DNA from: Planctomycetota bacterium
GTDB taxonomy: Bacteria; Planctomycetota; JAZDJP01
Length of the DNA: 64,000 bases
Assembly: GCA_043803805.1 (NCBI GenBank)
Contig: JAZDJP010000031.1
Location: forward strand, 1,222-65,221
Reading direction: 5' to 3'
Numbering within the stretch: the first letter of the stretch is position 1; each line of letters opens with the position of its first letter. The notes under the pieces are model-generated. The model worked only from the letters and a program-made list of their open reading frames with translations, made no database searches and was not told the origin of the DNA. A program made the position numbers and the translations under genes. This document shows, piece after piece, positions 47,388-55,019 of this stretch.

Positions 47388-47396
47388 TAACGCCCT

Positions 47397-47849
47397 ATGA
47401 GAGCCAAACCGGATTTCGACGACGCCATCCTGAAAATCGTGCGGAAGGATCCCCGCTTCCGCCCCGCGGCGTATTTCTTCATGTTCGAAGCCCTCGATTA
47501 TGTCGCGGCCAAAATGGAAACGCCGCGGCACGTCACCGGGCAGGAACTCCTCGCCGGCATCCGGAACCTCGCCCGCATCCGCTTCGGCTTCCTCGCCAAG
47601 ACCGTCTTTGACCGATGGGGCATCCATCGGACGGCCGACTTCGGGGCGATCGTCTTCCACCTCGTGGATGCCGGCCTCATGGGCAGAACCGACAGCGACA
47701 CCGCGGCCGATTTCGAGGACGGCTACGATTTCACCGAGGCCTTCGAGCAGGGGTACGACTTCGGAATCCGCCATGCCCCCCGGGCGAAGAAGCAGGCGCG
47801 GGCGGAAACGCACGGGGCCGGCGAACCGCCCCCCGGCTCAATCCAATAA
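47397..47849 (+). CDS. Minf_1886/TIGR04138-like conserved protein (PVC-restricted family, from memory)
   Basis: ILKIVRKDPRFRPAAYFFMFEALDY...RHVTGQELL...FGAIVFHLVDAGLMGRTDSD...GYDF. Confidence 0.5.
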   Translation: MRAKPDFDDAILKIVRKDPRFRPAAYFFMFEALDYVAAKMETPRHVTGQELLAGIRNLARIRFGFLAKTVFDRWGIHRTADFGAIVFHLVDAGLMGRTDSDTAADFEDGYDFTEAFEQGYDFGIRHAPRAKKQARAETHGAGEPPPGSIQ

Positions 47850-47885
47850 AAAAAGAGAGAACCGGTTTCACCGTTCCTCTCTTTC
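47848..47885 (+). terminator. Rho-independent-type hairpin flanked by A- and T-runs
   Basis: AAAAAAAGAGAGAACC-GGTTTCA-CCGTTCCTCTCTTT; an imperfect stem. Confidence 0.45.
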
Positions 47886-47909
47886 CCGCGAACTGCAATG
47901 CGTTGAGAT

Positions 47910-47937
47910 AAAAAAATCGCTTCCTAGCGGATTTTTT
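47910..47937 (-). terminator. Hairpin with flanking A/T runs overlapping the HU stop codon
   Basis: AAAAAAATCGC-TTCCTA-GCGGATTTTTT. Confidence 0.45.
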
Positions 47938-48196
47938 CCTCCATGATCTTCCCCGGCTTGAACGTGACCACCCTCCGGCTGGGGACGAAGACCTCCTCGC
48001 CCGTCCGCGGGTTACGGGCCTTGCGGGCGGCGCGCTCCTTGACTTCGAACACCCCGAAGTTGCGAAGCTCGATCCGCCGCTCGGCGACCAGGGTCTCGAT
48101 GATGGCGTCGAATGTCCTCTGGACGATCAGCTTGGTCATCGTCTGCGTGAGGGACATCTCGTCCGCGATCTTGTTGGCGATGTCTTTCTTGGTCAC
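47924..48196 (-). CDS. HU/IHF-family DNA-binding protein
   Basis: The 90-aa sequence [11 protein letters not shown]...[25 protein letters not shown] is typical of the family. Confidence 0.85.
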   Translation of the reverse strand: MTKKDIANKIADEMSLTQTMTKLIVQRTFDAIIETLVAERRIELRNFGVFEVKERAARKARNPRTGEEVFVPSRRVVTFKPGKIMEEKIR

Positions 48197-48291
48197 CGGC
48201 GTCTCCTTTGCAACGGCATTTCGATTTATCTCAAGCCCCGCCCAGCACGTTACGATATATAATCGGGAGGCGAAGGCGCGTCAACATAAAA

Positions 48292-49188
48292 ATGCCTGCA
48301 TTCCATCATAAAAAAAGTCCGGCCTCCCTCAACGGGTTGACCGTCAAGCCGTTGAAACCGCGTTTCACCGCCTCCCCCACCCGGCGCGGCTCCTGGAGGC
48401 AGGTGGCGCTCTTGGCGTCGCTTCTGGCGGCCGGGGCGTGCACCCGCCAGCCCAAGGAAACCTGGGACTACACGAAGGAACGGACCGTCCGCTTCAAGAT
48501 GATTCCCGCCCCGGAATGGATGCGCCAGCGGGAGGCCGACGCCCGGGCGGGCTTTCTCACATCCCCCTTCCGGCTCGAACGGGACATGATCCTCTCCCTC
48601 ACCCTCATGCAGGATGCCGCCTACGCCAAGGAATCGAAGTACCGCGTCGGGCCCGACGGGATGGTGGACTTCCCCCTCATCGGGCGCCTCACGGTGGAAG
48701 GCCTGACGCCGGCGGAACTGAAGGGGCTCCTGACGGAAAAACTGAGCCGTTTCTACCGCAACCCCGAGATGGTCCTGAACCTGGAACCGGCCACGCTGGA
48801 CCGGCCCGACACCTCCACCTCGGTGGCCGTGTTCGGGGAGTCGAAAGGTTCCGGGTTGTACACCTACACCGGCCGGAAGACCGTGATCGACGCCATCGCC
48901 TCCTCGGGCGGATTCTCCGCCGACTCCAACTGGCGGTCCGTCGGAGTCATCCGCCGCTGGAAAGGGGAGGACGTCATCATCGTGGTGGACGCCGAGGCCC
49001 TTTTCAAACGCGGCGACCTCCGCCAGAACATTTCGCTGGAGAACGGGGACATCCTTTACATCCCGCGCGAGCCCGACACGATGGGCGAGCGATTCCTCCA
49101 CGACTGGGACCTCTTCATCCATTATATGAGCGGGATCCAGCAGACGGACGGCGCCTATCAGCAATTTGACGGCCGCTTCCGCCGCTGA
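48292..49188 (+). CDS. Polysaccharide export protein (Wza-like, Poly_export + SLBB)
   Basis: Lipoprotein-like signal LLASLLAAGAC. YRVGPDGMVDFPLIGRLTVEGLTPAELKGLL is a Poly_export motif. Confidence 0.75.
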   Translation: MPAFHHKKSPASLNGLTVKPLKPRFTASPTRRGSWRQVALLASLLAAGACTRQPKETWDYTKERTVRFKMIPAPEWMRQREADARAGFLTSPFRLERDMILSLTLMQDAAYAKESKYRVGPDGMVDFPLIGRLTVEGLTPAELKGLLTEKLSRFYRNPEMVLNLEPATLDRPDTSTSVAVFGESKGSGLYTYTGRKTVIDAIASSGGFSADSNWRSVGVIRRWKGEDVIIVVDAEALFKRGDLRQNISLENGDILYIPREPDTMGERFLHDWDLFIHYMSGIQQTDGAYQQFDGRFRR

Positions 49189-49263
49189 TCACGGGCCGCG
49201 AAACCAGGGCTTCCCGTGAAAACGCGAACGGCCCCCGCGCCCGGGCGGACGCAGCGGTGAGCA

Positions 49264-51333
49264 ATGGATCTTCGTGATTACATCAAGGTCCTCCGACGGC
49301 ACAAGTGGACCGTCGCGGGGGTGATGCTCCTCACCCTCCTCTTTCACACGTTTGTCCTGAACGTCGCCCAGACCGTCCGGTACGAGTCCTCCGCGCGCGT
49401 CCTCATCCGCCAGATCCCCACCCAGGACATTCTCGTTTTCCAGATGTCGGAACAGCAGCCCACAGGGGTGTCCTACAGCACTCGGATCGCCCTCATCACA
49501 AGCAACCCCGTCCTCGAGGATGCCCGGAAGGCCCTCCTCCCGAAATACCCCGATGTCGTCGTCGCCGACCTCCGCCAGGACCTCATCGTCCAGGAGGAGA
49601 AGGGGACCCAGTTCGTGCGGATCATCGCCACGACGACCGACCCCCGGCGCTCCCAGGATTTCGCCAACGCCGTGGCCGAGGCATTCGTCCGATACGACAC
49701 CCAGAGCGCCCGGAAGGCCCTCGAGAACGCCATCCGTTTCACCGAAGATCAGATTCGCGTCACCAACGAGCGCTTCCGGGAGGTCGAGCAGAAGATCGCC
49801 AAATTTTCCCTCGGCGAGAAGGTCTACAGCGTGGACGAGCAGATCCGCACCCGCATCCAGCGGCTCACGGACCTCGAGCAGGCGAAAATCCAGGCCGAGA
49901 TCGAACTGGCCCAGACGGACCGGATGATTCTTGAGAAGCGGGGGATCCTTTCCGCGCCGGAGCGCCACCCGGACGCCCCGCTCCCCCAGACGCCCGCCAT
50001 CACGTCGCTCAAGGCGCGCGCCGCGGACCTGGAAGTGGCCCTGGCGACGGGGCAGAACGTCTACACCCCCGAGCACCCGCGGATGAAGGAACTCACGGAC
50101 GAACTCGCCGGCATCCGCCGCCAGCTCGCGGGAAACATCCGGCGCCTCGGGGTCCAGGAGGAGATCGGCCAGTTCGCGATCCAGCGGGACATCGCGCGAA
50201 CGAAGATCGCCACCCTCACCGAGACCATCCGCCGGGAGGATGACCGTCTGGCGCACTTCTCCGGAAAAAAGATCGACTATCTGCGTCACGAACGGCTCGC
50301 GAACATGCTGGAGAAAACCATCGTCAATCTCCAGACCTCGCTCGAAGAACTCCAGCTGAAACGCTCCCTCACCGCCGATAACGTCGAGGTTCACGAGATC
50401 GCCCGCGAGAGCGCGCCCCTCCGCAAGATCGGCATGGAGACCCTGCCGTTCATCATCATCCTCGCGGTCATCGTGGGCGTCTCCTCGGCCTATCTCATCG
50501 AGTACCTGAACGACACCATTCGCAGCCCCCACGACGTAAAGCAGTTTCTGAACCTGCCGCTTCTGGGCTCCATCCCGCGGGAACGCGGCGACATCCTCCT
50601 CCACCGGGTCGCGACCAAATCGCCGCTCGCGGAACTCTACCACGCCCTGGCGACATTTCTGGAGGCCTACGCCCTGGAGCATGCCGTCAAGGCCTTTGTC
50701 ATCGCGAGCACCAAGAGCCAGGAGGGGAAAAGCACCGTCTCCACGAATCTGGCCATCGCGCTCGCCCAGGGCGGGGAGCACGTCATCCTCGTGGACGCCG
50801 ACCTGCGGCGCTCGCAGATCCACAAATTCTTCGCCCTCGACAACGCGGCGGGCCTGGCGACCGTGCTGTCGGGCGAATGGGAGGCGGAGACGCTTCTCCG
50901 GAAGATGCGCGGTCCCGGCGCGCCCCCCGATCCCCGGCCCGTCCCCCTCCAGGCCACCTCCGTGCCGGGGCTTCAGGTGCTCACCACCGGGCCGCTCCCG
51001 CCCAACCCGGTGAATCTCCTCAAGTCCGCGCGCATGAAAACCCTCCTCGAACAATTGAAAAGCCAGGCCGACATCGTCCTCATCGACACTCCCCCCATGA
51101 CGGCCGTCATTGACGGCGGCATCCTGGCGTCGCTGGCCGACGCCGCCGTCCTCGTCGTCGGCGAAGGAGAAACCTCCCGCCACGAAGCCGCCCAGACCAA
51201 GCACGCCCTCGCCCAAGTGAACGCCCGCATCACGGGCGTCATCCTCAACAAGGTTCACCTCTTCGGCCAGGACTACTATTATTACTACAACTATGGCAAG
51301 GGGCCGCGGGAGGAGAGCGCCCTGCGGCGCTGA
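49264..51333 (+). CDS. Wzc/GumC-like chain-length determinant fused to a BY-kinase (ParA/MinD-fold) domain
   Basis: N-terminal Wzz region with a TM, a long coiled-coil, a second TM, then Walker A STKSQEGKSTVSTNLA, VILVDADLRR and LIDTPP. There is a Tyr-rich C-terminal segment (DYYYYYNY) followed by a short tail. Confidence 0.8.
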   Translation: MDLRDYIKVLRRHKWTVAGVMLLTLLFHTFVLNVAQTVRYESSARVLIRQIPTQDILVFQMSEQQPTGVSYSTRIALITSNPVLEDARKALLPKYPDVVVADLRQDLIVQEEKGTQFVRIIATTTDPRRSQDFANAVAEAFVRYDTQSARKALENAIRFTEDQIRVTNERFREVEQKIAKFSLGEKVYSVDEQIRTRIQRLTDLEQAKIQAEIELAQTDRMILEKRGILSAPERHPDAPLPQTPAITSLKARAADLEVALATGQNVYTPEHPRMKELTDELAGIRRQLAGNIRRLGVQEEIGQFAIQRDIARTKIATLTETIRREDDRLAHFSGKKIDYLRHERLANMLEKTIVNLQTSLEELQLKRSLTADNVEVHEIARESAPLRKIGMETLPFIIILAVIVGVSSAYLIEYLNDTIRSPHDVKQFLNLPLLGSIPRERGDILLHRVATKSPLAELYHALATFLEAYALEHAVKAFVIASTKSQEGKSTVSTNLAIALAQGGEHVILVDADLRRSQIHKFFALDNAAGLATVLSGEWEAETLLRKMRGPGAPPDPRPVPLQATSVPGLQVLTTGPLPPNPVNLLKSARMKTLLEQLKSQADIVLIDTPPMTAVIDGGILASLADAAVLVVGEGETSRHEAAQTKHALAQVNARITGVILNKVHLFGQDYYYYYNYGKGPREESALRR

Positions 51334-51421
51334 ACTCCGTTATGAATCATCCTGAGCGGGATTTCATCGAGACGTTATTTCCTGTAGTCCCCGCGCCACC
51401 GCCCGTCTATAATACCCGTCC

Positions 51422-53047
51422 ATGAAATTGGAGTTCCCCACGTTCCGAGCCTGGCGGGACCGGGCTCTCGGCCGCCGCGAGGCCGGCGATGACGACCGCA
51501 TCCACCGCATCCCGGTGGACCGGATCCACCAGAACCCCTACCAGCCCCGCAAGGTGTTCGTGGACGAGGAACTGGAGGAGTTGCAGGGATCCATCCGCGA
51601 ATACGGCGTCATCGTCCCCATCATCGTCCGCGCGATTGAGTCCGGCTACGAACTGGTCTGCGGGGAACGGCGTCTCCGGGCGAGCCGGCTCCTGGGGCTC
51701 CCGACCATCCCCGCCATCATCCGGAAACTCTCGACCCCGGAGATCCTCGAGGTGGCCTTCCTCGAGAACCTCCAGAGGGTGGACTTCAACCCCGTCGAGG
51801 AGGCCGAGACCTACGAGCGCCTCCGCCAGGAATTCTCGCGCCTCACCCGGGAGGAACTCGGACACAAGATCGGGAAATCCCCCGATCGCATCACCGAGAG
51901 GCTCTGGATCCTCGAACTCGCGCCCGTCCTCCGGCAGGCCCTCCTCACCCGGATGATCACGGAGGACCACGCCCGGCTCCTCAAGGCCATCCGCGACGAG
52001 GAACGGCTTCTCCCTCTTATCGAACGGGTGTTCCGCGGGAAGGCGTCGTCCGGGGAACTGCAGAGGCTCCTCGCGGCGGAGAGCGCCCCCGCCCCGGGCG
52101 CACCGTCCGTCCCCCTGCCTTCCGGGGAGGCTCCACCCCCCCCGCCGCGGGTTCCCGACTTCGACGCGCCGCTCCTGGCGGACGTCCGGCGGCTCCTGGG
52201 ATCTTTCACGGGGAACGGCGCTCCGGACATGGCCCTGGCGGACGCCCTCGTCCGAAGCCTTCTCGGGGGACTCGACGAGGATCCCGCGCTTGTCCTGGAT
52301 CTTTCCCTCGCGTCCCGCGACATCGGCGCCCCCCCGGATTTCGCAACGGGGCACCTCCCGCGCCATGTCCTGAACGTCGCGAAACTCGCCCTGCACCTGG
52401 GCCGCCATCACGGTCTCGACGCAAACGCGCTGACCGCCCTCGGGCGGGCCGCGATCCTCCACGACCTCGGCATGAGGAACCTCCCGGCGAGCCTCGTCGG
52501 CAAGCCGGGGCGCCTGGACGCCGCCGAGGCGGGAATCCTCCACCGCCATCCCGCGGAAGGGGCGGCGCTTCTGGCGCGACTCAAACTCCTCGATCCGGAA
52601 CTCACTCGCGCGGTGTCCGAGGAGCACGAGCGCGCCGACGGCAGCGGCTACCCGATGGGGCTCAAGGGCCCCGACATCCACGTATTCGCGAAAATCATCG
52701 GCATCGCCGACACCTACGAGGCCCTCGTCTCGCCGCGGCCCCACCGCGGGGCCATGCTCCCGCGGAAGGCCATGGAACTCCTCGTTTTCGCCGCCCACCA
52801 CGGGCGGTTCGAGAAACCGTTCATCCGGAGTTTCCTCCGCGGGATGTCCCTCTTTCCCCTCGGGAGCTTCGTGCGTCTGTCCACCGGCGAGACCGGACGG
52901 GTCGTCGCGGCCAACCCCGACGACATCACCCGTCCGGTGGTTCGGATCCTGCGCGATGCCGGCGGGACGGCGCCGGCGGCCCCGGTCGTACGAGACCTGC
53001 TCCGCGAAACGGCCGTGAGCGTCACCGCGGCCATGCGGAGCGCGTGA
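51422..53047 (+). CDS. ParB/Srx N-terminal domain + HTH fused to an HD-GYP domain
   Basis: IPVDRIHQNPYQPRK, VCGERRLRASRL, FLENLQRVDFNPVEEA, TREELGHKIGKSPDRITERL. Then LHDLGM ... HRHPAEG ... EEHERADGSGYPMGLKG ... IADTYEAL. Confidence 0.8.
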   Translation: MKLEFPTFRAWRDRALGRREAGDDDRIHRIPVDRIHQNPYQPRKVFVDEELEELQGSIREYGVIVPIIVRAIESGYELVCGERRLRASRLLGLPTIPAIIRKLSTPEILEVAFLENLQRVDFNPVEEAETYERLRQEFSRLTREELGHKIGKSPDRITERLWILELAPVLRQALLTRMITEDHARLLKAIRDEERLLPLIERVFRGKASSGELQRLLAAESAPAPGAPSVPLPSGEAPPPPPRVPDFDAPLLADVRRLLGSFTGNGAPDMALADALVRSLLGGLDEDPALVLDLSLASRDIGAPPDFATGHLPRHVLNVAKLALHLGRHHGLDANALTALGRAAILHDLGMRNLPASLVGKPGRLDAAEAGILHRHPAEGAALLARLKLLDPELTRAVSEEHERADGSGYPMGLKGPDIHVFAKIIGIADTYEALVSPRPHRGAMLPRKAMELLVFAAHHGRFEKPFIRSFLRGMSLFPLGSFVRLSTGETGRVVAANPDDITRPVVRILRDAGGTAPAAPVVRDLLRETAVSVTAAMRSA

Positions 53048-53130
53048 GAAGAAAGTGGATGGAGGACGGTGGATAGTTGATAGTGAATCGTTCATAGAAG
53101 AAAGATCAAGGATTCAAGGACTTATCAATG

Positions 53131-53272
53131 CCCCTCATGGTGAGCCCATCCACAATTCCGCTCATGGTGAGTCCTTCGACTCACTCCGCTCGCTCAGGAC
53201 AGGCCCTGTCGAACCATGAGCAGCGCCCTGGCTCATCCTTCGACTGGCTCAGGATGAGCGGATTGATCCCGA
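53131..53272. repeat. Cluster of REP-like palindromes (CTCATGGTGAG, GTCGAACCATGAGC, GCTCATCCTTCGAC...CAGGATGAGC)
   Basis: Reverse-complement copy of 16788-16850 plus two CCGCTCATGGTGAG units. Translates as the ...MVSPS...LSNHE-type peptide strings seen in many genomes. Confidence 0.75.
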
Positions 53273-53345
53273 TTTTACGACCAAGAGTCTATTCGCCATC
53301 CGATCCTCGCACTATCCACTATCCACTATTCACTTCTCACCCCCG

Positions 53346-54710
53346 ATGAGATTTTTCCGAACATGGTTTGAACCCTTCTCCCGCCGGGAGAAAATCCCCG
53401 CCGGCGGGATCGAGGAAATCCGGGAGATCCCCCTCGGGGAGATTTCCCCCAACCCCTATCAGCCCCGGAAATTTTTCGACCCGGACGAACTGACCGCCCT
53501 GGCGGACTCCATCCGGACCCACGGGGTGATCGTCCCCATCATCGTCCGGAAGGTGGACAGCGGCTACGAGACCATCGCGGGCGAGCGGCGCATCCGCGCC
53601 TGCCGCCGTCTCGGGCGAAAAACCATCCCGGCCATCGTCCTCCGGCTCAACATGCCCGGCACGCTCGAGGCCTCCTTCATCGAAAACATCCCGAGGGGCC
53701 GTCCTGTCGCGGGCGGCGACGGGTGGGACATCGAATCCCTCCGGCGGGAATTCTCCGCCCCCCCGGGCGCGCGGACCGGCGCGCCACCGCCGTCGGCTCC
53801 GCCGGATCCCCTGTCGGAGGAACTGGCCACCGCCGTAAAACACCTGTATTCCGTGCGCCCCGGATCCCCCGTGGATCGGACGGAGGCCCGTCGGACGGCG
53901 GAAAAACTCCTCGCGGAAACCCGCCTCAATCGAATGCCCCTCAATGAGTTGCGCCAAAACACAACGCCCGGAGATTTTCTCCCCCGCCATGCTCTCGGCA
54001 GAGCGGCCATCGCGCTCCGCATCGGAATGGCCCACGGACTCCCGGAAACGGATCTTCGGAATCTCGGCGAGGCCGCGCTCCTCCACGACATCGGGATGAC
54101 GGCGGCGCCGGAAAGAATCATCCACAAGCCGGGCCCCCTGTCCGAGGAGGAATGGGATATCGTCCGCGCCCACTCCGAGCAGGGTGTCGCGATGCTCACC
54201 ATGGAAGCGACGCATATGTCGCCCCCGCGGGAGGACGCCGACGCGATCCTCCGCCGGGTCGTCGCCGAGACCCACGAACGCAGCGACGGCAGCGGCTATC
54301 CCGGAGGCCTCGCCGGAGACGCCATCCACCCCTTTGCGAAAATCACCGCCCTGGCGGATGCGTACGCGGCCCTCACCGCGGCGCGTCCCTGGCGCGCGGC
54401 CTGGCCCCCCGCCACGGCGATCGGGTACATTCTCTACGCGGCCCTCCGCGGGCATTTCGACAAGACCTCCGCCGGACGGCTCGCCCAGGCGTTGTCGCTT
54501 TACCCGATCGGCAGCGCCGTCCGGATTTCCACCCGCGAAACGGCCACGGTCGTCGCGGCCAACCCCGGCGACATCGCCCGGCCCGTGGTGCGCGTGGAAC
54601 GGGATCCAAAGGGGAATCCCGTCGAGCCCCCGCGTCTCCGGGATCTCGCCATCGAAAAAGATGTCTCTATTGCGCGCGGAATCGGCGTCGACGCGGAGAG
54701 CCCCGCATGA
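53346..54710 (+). CDS. ParB/Srx N-terminal domain (no recognisable HTH) fused to an HD-GYP domain
   Basis: IPLGEISPNPYQPRK, IAGERRIRACRR, a Pro-rich linker, then LLHDIGM ... RAHSEQG ... ETHERSDGSGYPGGLAG ... LADAYAAL. Confidence 0.75.
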   Translation: MRFFRTWFEPFSRREKIPAGGIEEIREIPLGEISPNPYQPRKFFDPDELTALADSIRTHGVIVPIIVRKVDSGYETIAGERRIRACRRLGRKTIPAIVLRLNMPGTLEASFIENIPRGRPVAGGDGWDIESLRREFSAPPGARTGAPPPSAPPDPLSEELATAVKHLYSVRPGSPVDRTEARRTAEKLLAETRLNRMPLNELRQNTTPGDFLPRHALGRAAIALRIGMAHGLPETDLRNLGEAALLHDIGMTAAPERIIHKPGPLSEEEWDIVRAHSEQGVAMLTMEATHMSPPREDADAILRRVVAETHERSDGSGYPGGLAGDAIHPFAKITALADAYAALTAARPWRAAWPPATAIGYILYAALRGHFDKTSAGRLAQALSLYPIGSAVRISTRETATVVAANPGDIARPVVRVERDPKGNPVEPPRLRDLAIEKDVSIARGIGVDAESPA

Positions 54711-54874
54711 AGATCCTCAAATGGAGGGTTCTCGCCGTCCTGATCATCCTCGCGGCCATCGCCACGGGCATCTACGTGCTGTTGATTTCCGAGAAAATCA
54801 ACCGTTACTGGCTGGACCACTCCGTCGTCCGCATCCCCCGCGGGCTCCCGCCTGACCGGAATGACCGGCCGTGA
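54707..54874 (+). CDS. 55-aa single-TM protein translationally coupled (ATGA) to the second ParB::HD-GYP gene
   Basis: MKILKWRVLAVLIILAAIATGIYVLLI... Confidence 0.4.
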   Translation: MKILKWRVLAVLIILAAIATGIYVLLISEKINRYWLDHSVVRIPRGLPPDRNDRP

Positions 54875-54980
54875 GACCGCGGGACATCCCCGGGGCAATC
54901 ATCGGACGCGGGACCGCGCCCCCATCCATGAAGGGCGATGGAAAAATCGCGAACCCGCGCTCCAGCCGTCTGGCTTTTCG

Positions 54981-55018
54981 CCACGAATAGGGTATCATTC
55001 CACGAATAGGGTATCATT
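54981..55018 (+). repeat. Perfect 19-bp tandem duplication CCACGAATAGGGTATCATT x2 abutting the start codon
   Basis: Copies at 54981-54999 and 55000-55018; the ATG is at 55020. Confidence 0.85.
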
Positions 55019-55019
55019 A

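Noticed and set aside
47025-47813. 262-aa minus-strand ORF and the 171-aa + ORF 46885..47400 across the metG 3' end and repeat arrays.
   Set aside because: They are antisense or out of frame to metG and the Minf_1886-like gene, and partly read through TTCCGTG repeats.
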